Shown: in pieces, positions 17,260-27,300 of the stretch
Layout: the number at the start of each line of letters is the position of its first letter
Numbering within the stretch: the first letter of the stretch is position 1
Source of the DNA: Psychrobacter sp. HD31
GTDB taxonomy: Bacteria > Pseudomonadota > Gammaproteobacteria > Pseudomonadales > Moraxellaceae
Direction: 5' to 3'
Assembly: GCF_051097895.1 (NCBI RefSeq)
Contig: NZ_CP142525.1
Coordinates: forward strand, 1,470,001-1,502,000
Length of the DNA stretch: 32,000 nt
Notes under the pieces: model-generated
What the model was told of the DNA's origin: nothing
The model's database searches: none
The model's input: only the letters and a program-made list of their open reading frames with translations
Program-made: the position numbers and the translations under genes

Positions 17260-17706
17260 GATTGTTCCCTATCGTTAGTTTATCTGTTTATTATTGCAAA
17301 TATCACTTTTAAAATGGCTAATCTTGTATCATAAACTTGACTAGCTAACTAGGATTTTAAAGTATACAGGTAAAAATTCAAGTATTTATCTTGCTTATTC
17401 AAAAAAAGTATAATAAAAAATAGTTTTCTAATATATTAATTTTACTAGGGTTTTTAAATCATTAAACTTTCTTTCTATCATAAAAAATACAGTTTTAAGC
17501 TATTTATCTATAACATTTCCTAAACCAACAACATCCGCTCTATATCTATAAATAGAGGCAACAGCAATACGCCACACAACAGTCAAAAAAGGTGTATGAG
17601 CAAGTAACAATTACTAAATACGCAAAGTGAAATTGCTGAACTGTAGAATTAATTTAATCAACACAAGTTAGGCTTTCAGGTTATTACCTCATAATTAATA
17701 AAATAG

Positions 17707-18285
17707 TTATGAGTGCTTTTCAACAACCGCTACAAAAGCGTTGATATACTTTTGTAAAAATTCGCGAGTATTCTCAACATTCATGTTGCCTTCTTCATCA
17801 AATAAAGTTGGAGAATTGCCCAAAAACACCTCTGGCTGAGCCACAAATGGCATATCAAAATATGACAGTGCTAAACGTAAGTTTTTTTGAGAGCTGTATC
17901 CACCCATTTTACCAACCGAGTGACTAATAATACCCGCTGGCTTATTCTTCCATGCAACATCATCATTTGGTTTTGAACAAATATCAACTGCATTTTTTAA
18001 ACAAGCAGGAATCGTGCGGTTGTTTTCTGGTGTCACAAAAAGTATGCCATCAGATGCTTTTATGACTTCACGAAACTCAACATAAGCGTTGGGAAGAGTC
18101 AACTCAGTTTCATTTGGATCATCATAATCAAAATTGTATAGTGGGAGATGACCAATCTCAACAATGTTAACCTCATACCCTTCTGGGAACATTGCCATTA
18201 CATTCTTAGCAGTTTTGCGAGCAAATGAGCCACGGCGCAGGCTGCCGATTAATACACTGATTTTCTTTGACATAAATAGGTTCAT
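17707..18285 (-). CDS. NAD(P)H-dependent FMN reductase family oxidoreductase (ChrR/YieF-like)
   Basis: KISVLIGSLRRGSFARK matches the flavodoxin-like NADPH-FMN reductase N-terminus, and FVTPENNRTIPACLKNAVD is also present. The start may be the second Met (MSKKISV, 12 nt downstream). Confidence 0.8.
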   Translation of the reverse strand: MNLFMSKKISVLIGSLRRGSFARKTAKNVMAMFPEGYEVNIVEIGHLPLYNFDYDDPNETELTLPNAYVEFREVIKASDGILFVTPENNRTIPACLKNAVDICSKPNDDVAWKNKPAGIISHSVGKMGGYSSQKNLRLALSYFDMPFVAQPEVFLGNSPTLFDEEGNMNVENTREFLQKYINAFVAVVEKHS

Positions 18286-18494
18286 CCTTTATTAATGATT
18301 ATTGAAATGTTGAGAGCAAATCAATTGATATTGTAAATCGTTCTCATTATTTTGTACAGATGAGTTTTCTACTTAATGTATTATGCTAATATGTATTGCG
18401 TACATAAAAACAACCTACAAATTTATTAACCTTTTTTTAGATTCAATTGTTATAAAATAATAAATATAAAAACAGGTATAAAGGAAGCATCGTC

Positions 18495-19142
18495 ATGACA
18501 ACCAAGCAGACCCATCACCAACAAAAGATGGTTATCGCCAGTAACAATCAAGGTAAACTTGCTGAACTACAAGATTTATTTAATCAACATGAATTAGGCT
18601 TTCAGCTTATTCCACAAGCACAATTAGATATTGAAGACGCCATTGAAGACGGTTTAAGTTTTGTAGAAAACGCCATTATTAAGGCAAGACATGCCAGCCG
18701 TATTAGTGGATTGCCTGCCATTGCCGACGACTCAGGGTTGTGTGTGCCTGCACTTGGCAATGCACCTGGCATATATTCTGCCCGTTATGCAGGGGTGGAA
18801 GACAAAAAAACACGCGATGCAGCAAATAATGCCAAGCTCATTGAAGCGTTAGCGCCAATACGTGCACAGCAACCCGATACTAAAATAATTGGGCAGTTTG
18901 TGTGTGTACTGGTTATGGTAAGCCATGCAGACGACCCACTACCAATAATTGCTCAAGGTATTTGGCAAGGAGAGATACTACCAACCCCACTGGGCGAAAA
19001 TGGCTTTGGTTATGACCCACTTTTTTGGGTACCAACCCTTGAAAAAGCCAGTGCACAACTAAGTAAAGACGAAAAATCAGAAATTAGCCACCGTGGTATT
19101 GCCAGCCGTGAGCTTATCGCTAAAATTAAGCAGGCATTGTAA
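18495..19142 (+). CDS. rdgB: Non-canonical purine NTP (dITP/XTP) pyrophosphatase
   Basis: The RdgB/HAM1 signatures are ASNNQGKLAEL, FVENAIIKARHA, PAIADDSGLCVPALGNAPGIYSARY, GFGYDPLF and SHRG. The start may be the internal Met (MVIASNN). Confidence 0.9.
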   Translation: MTTKQTHHQQKMVIASNNQGKLAELQDLFNQHELGFQLIPQAQLDIEDAIEDGLSFVENAIIKARHASRISGLPAIADDSGLCVPALGNAPGIYSARYAGVEDKKTRDAANNAKLIEALAPIRAQQPDTKIIGQFVCVLVMVSHADDPLPIIAQGIWQGEILPTPLGENGFGYDPLFWVPTLEKASAQLSKDEKSEISHRGIASRELIAKIKQAL

Positions 19143-19299
19143 AGTTAATGACTTATTATTGATGGGTCTAATCGATAGTTATGAAGTGCATACTCAATAA
19201 CTATCATACTGATTTTAGTCCCATCAGGTAAAAAATATCATTTTGTATGCTAAATATATGATTTATGAAATATAATTCACTTGCACACTTTTATTAAAT

Positions 19300-19329
19300 T
19301 TGTACTTTAGTTATCAAATACAGTATAAT
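19300..19329 (+). promoter_or_regulatory. Candidate sigma-70 promoter upstream of tig
   Basis: TTGTAC (19300-19305), 18-nt spacer, TATAAT (19324-19329). This is sequence resemblance only. Confidence 0.3.
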
Positions 19330-19386
19330 TTTGTACTTTTAAAATTTTATACAGAACTTTTAAATAAGTTCCCCCTATTTTTATCG

Positions 19387-19418
19387 TTAGCCCAGCGTTG
19401 TGCAGGGCTAAGTTTTTT
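19387..19418 (+). terminator. Terminator-like hairpin plus U-tract inside the tig leader, 20 nt before the start codon
   Basis: ttagccc (19387-19393) pairs with gggctaa (19405-19411). Inner gc/gc pairs flank a 5-nt loop. gtttttt follows at 19412-19418. The tig Shine-Dalgarno (gaagg) lies downstream of it. Confidence 0.5.
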
Positions 19419-19437
19419 AAGCTGAAGGTATTAACAA

Positions 19438-20781
19438 ATGGCTACAAACTTACAAGTAACCTCAGAAAAAATTTCTGATCAAGAAACCCAACTAACGGTT
19501 AAAGTTCCTGTTGAACAAATCCAAAATAAAGTTGAAGCACGCATCCGCCAAACGGCAAAAACGGCAAAAATTGATGGCTTCCGTAAAGGCAAAGTACCCA
19601 TGTCGCACATCCGTGCTCAGTATGGTGCAGGTATCCAACAAGAAGTTATTAACGACCAAATCCGTGACACCGTTTTTGAAGCAATTAAGCAAGAAGACAT
19701 CCGCGCTGTTGGCATGCCAAACATTGATGACGTAAAACTAGAAGATGACTTCTTAGTTTACCAAGCTACTGTAGAGATCTTCCCAGAAGTTGAAGTGCAA
19801 GGCTTAGGCGACCTAAAAATCGAACGTCAAACATCAACCGTTGATGACAAAGAAGTTGATAAAATGATTAAGAGCTTGCAAGAGCAACGCCTAACTTACA
19901 AAGAAAAGAAAGGCATGCTAAAGAAAAAAGACCAAGCAATCTTTGACTTTGAAGGCACAGTTGATGGTGAAAAATTTGAAGGCGGCGCAGCAGAAGACTT
20001 TGAACTAGTGATGGGCAGCAACCGCTTTATCCCAGGTTTTGAAGACGGCATGTTAGACATGAAAGCAGGCGAAGAGCGTGTTATTGATGTAACCTTCCCT
20101 GAAGACTATCAAGCAGAAAACCTAAAAGGTAAAGATGCCCAATTTAAAGTAAACCTTAAAATGGTTAAAAAACCAGTTTTACCAGAGCTTAACGAAGAGT
20201 TTTTTGAGCTGTTTGGTGTTAAAGAAGGTGGCCTAGAGCAGTTGAAAGCTGACGTAAGAAAAAACATGGAACGTGAAATCAAAAATGCATCACGTAACCA
20301 AGTTAAACAAGCCGCTTTTGATGCCCTACTAGAAAAAAATGAATTTGATGTACCAAAAGCAATGGTTGAGCAAGAAGTTGACCGCCAACGTAACCAAATG
20401 CTACAACGCTTTGCTTCTCAGTTTGGTGGCGATGCAAGCCAGTTTGATGCTTCTATGTTCCCTAACGAGATGTTTGAAGAACAAGCAACTCGCGCGGCAC
20501 GTTTGGGTGTCATCGTTGCTAGCCTAATTGATGCTAACAACATTAAGGTTGACCAAGAGCGTGTTGAAGCATTTATTAACGAATCTGCTGAAAACTACGA
20601 AGACCCAACCGAAGTTATCGAATACTTTAAAAATGACGAACAACAACGTGCAGGTATTGAGTCAGTTGTATTAGAAGACCAAGTTGTTGACTTTATTTTA
20701 GAACAAGGCAAAGTTACAGATAAAGAAGTAAAATACACAGACCTTATCGCTGCACAACAACAGCAACAAATGATGATGTAA
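19438..20781 (+). CDS. tig: Trigger factor (ribosome-associated PPIase chaperone)
   Basis: The N-terminal ribosome-binding signature is [10 protein letters not shown]. The FKBP-type middle domain reads [15 protein letters not shown]...FIPGFEDG. The gene sits upstream of clpP-clpX. Confidence 0.95.
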   Translation: MATNLQVTSEKISDQETQLTVKVPVEQIQNKVEARIRQTAKTAKIDGFRKGKVPMSHIRAQYGAGIQQEVINDQIRDTVFEAIKQEDIRAVGMPNIDDVKLEDDFLVYQATVEIFPEVEVQGLGDLKIERQTSTVDDKEVDKMIKSLQEQRLTYKEKKGMLKKKDQAIFDFEGTVDGEKFEGGAAEDFELVMGSNRFIPGFEDGMLDMKAGEERVIDVTFPEDYQAENLKGKDAQFKVNLKMVKKPVLPELNEEFFELFGVKEGGLEQLKADVRKNMEREIKNASRNQVKQAAFDALLEKNEFDVPKAMVEQEVDRQRNQMLQRFASQFGGDASQFDASMFPNEMFEEQATRAARLGVIVASLIDANNIKVDQERVEAFINESAENYEDPTEVIEYFKNDEQQRAGIESVVLEDQVVDFILEQGKVTDKEVKYTDLIAAQQQQQMMM

Positions 20782-20840
20782 TTTATTTCTGTTTGCCCCA
20801 AAAGTTGGCTCATCAAGCAACTAAGGGGTAAACAATTTTT

Positions 20841-20878
20841 AAAATGCCCTAACACTAAGTTGGGGCATTTTATTTTGT
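20841..20878 (+). terminator. Rho-independent terminator after tig
   Basis: aaaatgccc (20841-20849) pairs with gggcatttt (20863-20871), and a T-rich run follows. A second imperfect hairpin (cccc..agttg / caact..gggg) lies at about 20805-20838. Confidence 0.65.
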
Positions 20879-21013
20879 TAAAAACCAATACTTTTTTATC
20901 GCTTAATCACTATATTATTTCTTGGTTACGCATTGATAATTGCAAGTTACTCCCTCATTAACTACAATTGACTTATCTTTTATATTATAAATAATGTTAA
21001 CAAAGGAAAACCC

Positions 21014-21694
21014 ATGACAGATTTTGACCGTATTATCAAAAACCCACATTTTGATACTTTAATGACAGCCCACCAAGATGTTGTCAATCATCAAACTCAA
21101 AACGCACTTGTGCCTATGGTTGTCGAGCAATCTGCCCGTGGTGAGCGCTCATTTGATATCTTTTCTCGCTTACTGCGTGAGCGTGTGATTTTTTTAACTG
21201 GGCAAGTAGAAGACAACATGTCAAATCTGATTGTTGCTCAAATGCTGTTTTTAGAGGCAGAAAACCCAGATAAAGACATCCACCTATATATTAATTCACC
21301 AGGTGGTGTGGTAACAAGTGGCATGGCAATGTACGACACCATGAACTTTATTAAACCGGATGTATCCACTATTTGTATTGGTCAAGCTTGCTCAATGGGT
21401 TCATTCCTGCTTTCTGCTGGTGCAAAAGGCAAACGCTATGCCTTACCAAACTCACGCATCATGATTCACCAACCTTTAGGTGGTTTCCGTGGTCAGGCAT
21501 CAGACATCGAGATTCATGCAAAAGAAATCATTGAACTTAAAGCCAAGTTAAACCGCTTACTTGCCGAGCACTCAGACCAACCATTTGAAAAGCTGGTTGA
21601 AGATACTGACCGTGATAACTTTATGAGTGCAGACGAAGCAAAAGAATATGGTTTAATTGATGAGGTTATTAAGCGTCGCCCTACTGGCGAATAA
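21014..21694 (+). CDS. clpP: ATP-dependent Clp protease proteolytic subunit
   Basis: [33 protein letters not shown] is present. The catalytic Ser context is [11 protein letters not shown], with IMIHQPLGG nearby. AGGA lies 7 nt before the ATG. Confidence 0.95.
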   Translation: MTDFDRIIKNPHFDTLMTAHQDVVNHQTQNALVPMVVEQSARGERSFDIFSRLLRERVIFLTGQVEDNMSNLIVAQMLFLEAENPDKDIHLYINSPGGVVTSGMAMYDTMNFIKPDVSTICIGQACSMGSFLLSAGAKGKRYALPNSRIMIHQPLGGFRGQASDIEIHAKEIIELKAKLNRLLAEHSDQPFEKLVEDTDRDNFMSADEAKEYGLIDEVIKRRPTGE

Positions 21695-21784
21695 TTAAAG
21701 GTTGATTGAAACCCAAATTTAAACCTAAAGGCGTTATTAAACACCCGCCATAAGATTAAAAAACAACTCTAAGGAGTGCCATTA

Positions 21785-23062
21785 ATGGCAATAGATGAAC
21801 AACCAACCTGCTCATTTTGTGGCAAATCAAAAGATGAGGTCAAACAGCTCATCGCCGCAGAAGATGCCAATATTTGTAATGAATGTATTGAGCTTTGTAC
21901 CGACTTAATTGAAAACGGTGATGAGCTTGATGACAAAGATGACGAAGCGATTGATACAAGTTGGATAAATAAAAAGCTACCAACACCAAAAGAGCTAAGT
22001 GCACATTTAGATGAATATGTAATTGGGCAAGAAACTGCCAAAAAAGCACTGTCTGTGGCTGTATATAACCATTATAAACGGCTAAAGGTCAGCCAAAAAA
22101 TGGCGCAAGACAAAAAACAAGCCAAAACTGGTGCAGATGATGCCATGGTAGAGCTATCAAAAAGTAACATCTTGCTGATTGGTCCTACTGGCTCGGGTAA
22201 AACCTTGCTTGCACAAACGCTTGCCCGTGTTTTAGACGTGCCTTTTGCGATGGCAGATGCCACCACCCTTACAGAAGCTGGCTATGTTGGTGAAGATGTA
22301 GAAAACATTGTCCAAAAACTACTACAAGCCAGTGATTATGACATTGCTAAAGCAGAGCAAGGCATCATTTATGTTGATGAAATTGATAAAATCAGCAAAA
22401 AAGGTGAAAACATGTCAATCACCCGTGATGTATCTGGTGAGGGTGTACAGCAGGCGTTACTAAAACTTATTGAAGGCACTGTTGCCGCCATCCCACCTAA
22501 AGGGGGGCGTAAGCATCCAAATCAAGAGTTAATGCAAGTGGATACCAGCAATATCTTGATTATTGTGGGTGGTGCATTTGCTGGGTTAGATAAAGTTATC
22601 CAACAACGTACTGAAGAAACCGGCATTGGCTTTAATGCTGAGGTTAAATCAAAAGATGAAGGCAGCCGCATTAGCGAGTTATTTAAAGAGGTTGAGCCAG
22701 AAGACTTAATTAAGTTTGGTCTCATCCCAGAATTAATTGGTCGATTGCCTGTGATTGCCTCATTAGAAGAGTTAGACGAAGATGCACTTATCCAGATTTT
22801 AACCAAACCAAAAAATGCGTTGGTTAAGCAATATCAATATTTATTTGATATGGAAAATGCAGAACTTAAGTTTACCGACAACGCACTCGATGCCATTGCT
22901 AAAAAAGCCATGGAGCGTAAAACCGGTGCGCGTGGTTTGCGCTCTATTGTAGAAAACGCTTTGTTAGAAACCATGTATGAGCTACCATCCATGGACAATG
23001 CTCAAACTGTTATTGTTGATGAAGACGTCATTAATAATGGTAAACAGCCTGAAATTAAATAA
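21785..23062 (+). CDS. clpX: ATP-dependent Clp protease ATP-binding subunit
   Basis: The zinc-binding N-terminus is CSFCGKS...CNEC and Walker A is GPTGSGKT, with [10 protein letters not shown] and [16 protein letters not shown] prefer the ATG at 21785 (AAGGAG lies 8 nt upstream) over the GTG at 21776 in the ORF track. Confidence 0.95.
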   Translation: MAIDEQPTCSFCGKSKDEVKQLIAAEDANICNECIELCTDLIENGDELDDKDDEAIDTSWINKKLPTPKELSAHLDEYVIGQETAKKALSVAVYNHYKRLKVSQKMAQDKKQAKTGADDAMVELSKSNILLIGPTGSGKTLLAQTLARVLDVPFAMADATTLTEAGYVGEDVENIVQKLLQASDYDIAKAEQGIIYVDEIDKISKKGENMSITRDVSGEGVQQALLKLIEGTVAAIPPKGGRKHPNQELMQVDTSNILIIVGGAFAGLDKVIQQRTEETGIGFNAEVKSKDEGSRISELFKEVEPEDLIKFGLIPELIGRLPVIASLEELDEDALIQILTKPKNALVKQYQYLFDMENAELKFTDNALDAIAKKAMERKTGARGLRSIVENALLETMYELPSMDNAQTVIVDEDVINNGKQPEIK

Positions 23063-23087
23063 ATTATCAGCGTTAAAGCTCAGCAAT

Positions 23088-23123
23088 AAAAAAAATAGCC
23101 CATCAAATTGATGGGCTATTTTG
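23088..23123. terminator. Bidirectional intrinsic terminator between clpX and the convergent SPOR gene
   Basis: The 13-bp perfect stem aatagcccatcaa (23094-23106) / ttgatgggctatt (23108-23120) has an A-run on one side and a T-run on the other. Confidence 0.85.
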
Positions 23124-23154
23124 TTAGTTAAGCAATACAGTTATAACAACTAGT

Positions 23155-23928
23155 TTACCTACGTTGCTCTACAATAATGCTATCAATCCCACTATGTTGC
23201 AAACGCTGCTGTGCTACCGTAACGGCTTGGCGACTCTTCATAGGTGTCGAAATCACCTGATAAATTGTTTGGTCATTGGCAGTTACCATTTTCACAACTT
23301 TGCTATCAACCCCTGCCATTAATACTTGCGCGCGACGAGTGTCGGCATCATCAGCATTATCAAAACTATTAATTTGCAAGATATAGGTTTCATTTGGTTT
23401 ATCTGTTTGAGATTGTGCTGCCGCATTATCCTCTACACCATCATACGTGCCGGCTTCTTCAACAATTTCTATTTGTGTTTCATCTTGTGTCGCTGCATCG
23501 TTTGCAGCTTCAGGATTCAACATCGTTGCTTCAGAAATACCGTAAGTGGCTGTATTTGCATCTAACGACTGTGGTCTGTTTTTGGTATTTTCGGTTACCA
23601 CCACATCTGGTTTTGCTGGCAGCGTGCCTGTCTCTCCTGAAGGCTCACCCGTGACCGAAGCCTCGGGTATAGTAACCATCTCTTGATCTGGTAACACATC
23701 ATAAAACTCATAGTTTAGCTTTTTAACATCTGTACCAATCGGCTGAACTTGTGTTTGTGCGTCCGTATTTTTGTTTTTTGATGGACTAAAGTCTGTAAAT
23801 GGCGATAAATATAAAAACACAAACAGCATAATAGTTAAAATGGCACCAAATAGCATCCACAATAAACCCGAAAGGCTACTGCCTTTTTTACGCTTTTCGG
23901 TTGCCCCTTTTGCTTGTTTTTTAAACAT
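23155..23928 (-). CDS. SPOR-domain (septal peptidoglycan-binding) membrane protein
   Basis: The basic N-terminus is followed by a TM helix (LLWMLFGAILTIMLFVFLYL) and a long T/Q/E/A/N-rich linker. The C-terminal SPOR-like module reads YILQINSFDNADDADTRRAQVLMAGVDSKVV...YQVISTPMKSRQAV. The gene lies downstream of argS on the same strand. Confidence 0.75.
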   Translation of the reverse strand: MFKKQAKGATEKRKKGSSLSGLLWMLFGAILTIMLFVFLYLSPFTDFSPSKNKNTDAQTQVQPIGTDVKKLNYEFYDVLPDQEMVTIPEASVTGEPSGETGTLPAKPDVVVTENTKNRPQSLDANTATYGISEATMLNPEAANDAATQDETQIEIVEEAGTYDGVEDNAAAQSQTDKPNETYILQINSFDNADDADTRRAQVLMAGVDSKVVKMVTANDQTIYQVISTPMKSRQAVTVAQQRLQHSGIDSIIVEQRR

Positions 23929-24178
23929 TTTTTATCCTTACAACTTAAACTGGGTAACGTATATTACACTTAAAGATAGTTTACCCCAATTACAATCTAC
24001 ATAAATCACTTACAATGTTTTTCACGGTTTTTTCATACAACCATCATCAAACAACATAAACGCCATTTAAAACGGTTAGCCACCAAACATCTCAACCAAG
24101 ATGATAATAAACACATCAAAACCCTTAAATGGCTGGTTTGAGCATGCTGGTAACTAACTTATCAGCTCAGCTAGGTCA

Positions 24179-26020
24179 TCACATTGATGTGGGTGCAGAC
24201 AAGCCTAACAAACTTAACCCATTTGCTAATACTTGACGCACTGCTTGAGATAAGCGGATACGTGCTTGCATTAGGTTAAGCTCATCTTCACTGGCTTGCT
24301 CACCGTTTACAACGCTTGCTGGGATAAAGCGATTGTCGTTATACCAACCGTGGAACAACGATGCCAAATCTTTTAAATAGTTGGTTAAAATGTGCGGCTC
24401 ATATCCTGTTGCGGCACGTTGCAGTGTGGCAGGATACGCTGTTAAAAACTTCAATAACTCGTTTTCAACTTCTGCCGTTAACAATGCCTGATTTGCCTTG
24501 CCTTGTTCAGCATCTACCGATAAACCTGTTTTTTCTAGTTTTTCTAGCAAACTACAAATACGTGCATGCGCATACTGGATATAATAAACAGCATTGTCTT
24601 TACTTTGCGATTTAGCCAAGTCTAAATCAAAGTCTATATGTACTTCTGGTTTACGTGCCACATAATAGAAACGGGCAGCATCATTACCAACTTCTTCACG
24701 CAGTTCACGCAGTGTTACAAACTGACCAGAACGAGAAGACATCTGCACTTTCTCTTCGCCTCGCCACAGGGCAACAAACTGCACTAAAATTACGTCTAGA
24801 TTGTCTTCGTAGCCCAGTGCTGTCATGGCTGCTTTAACACGTGGTATGTAGCCGTGATGGTCGGCACCCCACACGTTAATCACCTTATTAAAACCACGGT
24901 CATATTTGTTTTTATGGTAGGCAATGTCAGAGGCAAAATAGGTCATTAAGCCATTGGCACGGCGCACTACACGGTCTTTTTCATCGCCAAAGTCGGTAGA
25001 TTTAAACCATAAGTTGCCGTCTTTTTCGTACAAGTGTCCTTTTTCTTCAAGGATTTTTAGCGCAGGTTCAATCTCATCTTGTACCGATTTTTCACTAAAC
25101 CATTTTTCATAACGTACACCAAATTCATCTAAATCTTCTTTGATGTCGTCAAGTATGCTATTTAATGCCGCATTTAAAAACAGCTCGTAACCTGCTGTGC
25201 CTAATAGTTTTTTTGCATTGCCAATCAAACCATCTATGTGTGCTTCTTTGTCACCAGAAAGTAGGGTTTTTTCGCCCGCTGTATTTTCTTCATACACCGC
25301 ATCCGCAGGTACGTTTTCAGCCAATTGTGCAAACTCATGTACATACTCACCGCCAACTTGTGCCATTACTTGTTTGGCAATGTCGGTTACATAATCACCT
25401 TGGTATGCATTGGTAGGGAACACAATGGGCTGACCACTTATCTCAAGATAACGCAAATACGTGCTTGTCGCTAAAATGTCCATTTGACGACCTGCATCAT
25501 TCACGTAGTATTCGCGCGTTACCTCGTAGCCCACGGCTTCTAACAGGTTTGCCACGCTCATACCAAAGGCAGCGCCACGCCCATGCCCAACATGCAGGCT
25601 AGAGGTTGGGTTAGCAGAAACAAATTCCACCTGCACTTTTTGCCCATCAAATTGTTTACTAACCCCAAATTTACCTTGCGCCGTAAAAATATCATCCAGC
25701 ACCGCAAATTTAGCATCCGTATTTAAAAATACATTAATAAATCCAGGACCAGCAATGTCTATTTGAGCGATTAATTGGTTTTCTGGTAGGCTATTAACCA
25801 GCTGCTCTGCCAAAGCACGTGGGTTTGACTTAGCCGCTTTTGCTGCTGTTAATGCAATGTTGCTGGCATAGTCGCCATGTGCTGGGTCTTTAGCACGAGT
25901 AATTTGACTATTATTTTGCCAGTCGTTTGGCAAAACGCCCTCAGAAATTAGCTGGTCGGCAGCTTGGTTAAAAAGCTGAGCTAAGGCATCAATTTGAGCT
26001 GATGAAGGTGCTTGTGACAT
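24179..26020 (-). CDS. argS: Arginine--tRNA ligase
   Basis: The class I HIGH-type motif is SANPTSSLHVGHGRGA. The MSSR(S)G loop reads VQMSSRSGQFVTL. The ArgRS-type anticodon-binding C-terminus ends in ...SM. Confidence 0.95.
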   Translation of the reverse strand: MSQAPSSAQIDALAQLFNQAADQLISEGVLPNDWQNNSQITRAKDPAHGDYASNIALTAAKAAKSNPRALAEQLVNSLPENQLIAQIDIAGPGFINVFLNTDAKFAVLDDIFTAQGKFGVSKQFDGQKVQVEFVSANPTSSLHVGHGRGAAFGMSVANLLEAVGYEVTREYYVNDAGRQMDILATSTYLRYLEISGQPIVFPTNAYQGDYVTDIAKQVMAQVGGEYVHEFAQLAENVPADAVYEENTAGEKTLLSGDKEAHIDGLIGNAKKLLGTAGYELFLNAALNSILDDIKEDLDEFGVRYEKWFSEKSVQDEIEPALKILEEKGHLYEKDGNLWFKSTDFGDEKDRVVRRANGLMTYFASDIAYHKNKYDRGFNKVINVWGADHHGYIPRVKAAMTALGYEDNLDVILVQFVALWRGEEKVQMSSRSGQFVTLRELREEVGNDAARFYYVARKPEVHIDFDLDLAKSQSKDNAVYYIQYAHARICSLLEKLEKTGLSVDAEQGKANQALLTAEVENELLKFLTAYPATLQRAATGYEPHILTNYLKDLASLFHGWYNDNRFIPASVVNGEQASEDELNLMQARIRLSQAVRQVLANGLSLLGLSAPTSM

Positions 26021-26163
26021 AAAGATTTTCTCTTTAAATTGTATTGGTTTTTAAAAAACTAAAAAATAAATATTAACCGTATAATATAGCAATTTTTGCT
26101 ATTTTTTGCTGGGGTTTTTATAACATTTGTATCAACTCACACTATGTTAAGTTGTTACTAAGG

Positions 26164-26195
26164 CAACAAAAAAGGTGCCTTATGATGCACCTTTT
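26164..26195 (-). terminator. Rho-independent terminator of glyQ
   Basis: aaaaggtgc (26170-26178) pairs with gcacctttt (26187-26195). On the minus strand the hairpin is followed by ttttttg. Confidence 0.7.
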
Positions 26196-26239
26196 GATTT
26201 GTTAACACGTTGTTATAATCTAGTTTTAACAGTTATTTA

Positions 26240-27175
26240 TTACTCATCGGCTTCATCTTTTGGCAAATACTTTTCTAATGCCGCTGCTTTATGGGCATCA
26301 TCCGCCAGTGGGAAGCCAAGCTTAGCACGAGCCTCTACATAACTTTGTGCCACCTTACGTGCCAAAGTGCGCACACGCAAAATAAAGCGCTGACGCTCAG
26401 TAACCGAGATTGCTCCGCGCGCATCTAACAAGTTAAACGTATGGCTGGCTTTAAGTACCATTTCATATGCTGGCAATGGCAAGTCTTCTGTTACCAACTT
26501 GTCTGCCTGCTGTTCATAAAAGTCAAACAGCTCAAACATTTTTGGTACATCGGCATGTTCAAAGTTGTAAGTAGACTGCTCTACCTCATTTTGGTGGAAC
26601 ACATCGCCATAGGTTACTTTACCAAACTCGCCATCTGTCCACACTAGGTCATAAACGCTGTCTACGCCTTGTATGTACATTGCCAAACGCTCAAGCCCGT
26701 AGGTGATTTCGCCCGTTACAGGGAAGCACTCTAATCCGCCCACTTGCTGGAAGTAGGTAAACTGGGTTACTTCCATGCCGTTAAGCCAAACCTCCCAACC
26801 TAAGCCCCACGCACCAAGCGTTGGTGACTCCCAGTTGTCTTCTACAAAGCGGATGTCGTGGGTTAATGGGTCTACCCCAATGGCTCTTAAAGAGTCTAGG
26901 TATAGCTCTTGGATGTTAGGTGGGTTTGGTTTTAACGCTACCTGAAACTGGTAGTAATGTTGCAAACGGTTTGGGTTATTACCATAGCGTCCGTCGGTTG
27001 GGCGGCGTGATGGTTGCACGTAGGCGGCGTTCCATTTTTCTGGCCCTAGTGAGCGTAAAAATGTTGCGGTGTGGAAGGTACCTGCACCCATTTCCATATC
27101 GTATGGTTGCAGTACTACGCAGCCTTTTTCTGCCCAATAATTTTGTAGGGTTAAAATTAACTCTTGAAAAGTCAT
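26240..27175 (-). CDS. glyQ: Glycine--tRNA ligase alpha subunit
   Basis: [41 protein letters not shown]... is highly conserved GlyQ sequence along its full length. Length is 311 aa. Confidence 0.95.
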   Translation of the reverse strand: MTFQELILTLQNYWAEKGCVVLQPYDMEMGAGTFHTATFLRSLGPEKWNAAYVQPSRRPTDGRYGNNPNRLQHYYQFQVALKPNPPNIQELYLDSLRAIGVDPLTHDIRFVEDNWESPTLGAWGLGWEVWLNGMEVTQFTYFQQVGGLECFPVTGEITYGLERLAMYIQGVDSVYDLVWTDGEFGKVTYGDVFHQNEVEQSTYNFEHADVPKMFELFDFYEQQADKLVTEDLPLPAYEMVLKASHTFNLLDARGAISVTERQRFILRVRTLARKVAQSYVEARAKLGFPLADDAHKAAALEKYLPKDEADE

Positions 27176-27300
27176 AACGGTTCTCTAATTTTTCAGTTTA
27201 TATGCTTAAAATGTATTGCCATGACTATACTAAAAATAGCCGTTTTTATCCATTGTTTTTAGATGTTATTTGCTAGGTTTTAGCATAACTAAGTAAATGG

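Noticed and set aside
17594-17620. GTATGA hexamer resembling a NikR operator half-site in the spacer upstream of the Ni-SOD cluster
   Set aside because: No matching TCATAC half-site is present at the required ~16-nt spacing.
20915-20965. Possible sigma-32 heat-shock promoter upstream of clpP (cttggtt ... ccctcatt)
   Set aside because: The two elements are about 24 nt apart, against 13-15 nt in the consensus, and both hexamers are imperfect.
21776-21784. GTG start at 21776 for clpX
   Set aside because: The GTG overlaps the AAGGAG Shine-Dalgarno itself. The ATG at 21785 lies at the correct 8-nt spacing.
21014-23123. Absence of lon/hupB after tig-clpP-clpX, and absence of xseB/dxs around ispA (13780-14715)
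   Set aside because: These are synteny differences from E. coli, and such operon neighbourhoods vary among gammaproteobacterial lineages. The strong terminator after clpX shows a clean gene end. Nothing in the sequence suggests deletion scars or pseudogenes.
23326-23654. Plus-strand ORFs antisense to the SPOR-protein linker region
   Set aside because: They are the reverse frames of a low-complexity T/Q/E/A-rich linker. There are no start-site signals.
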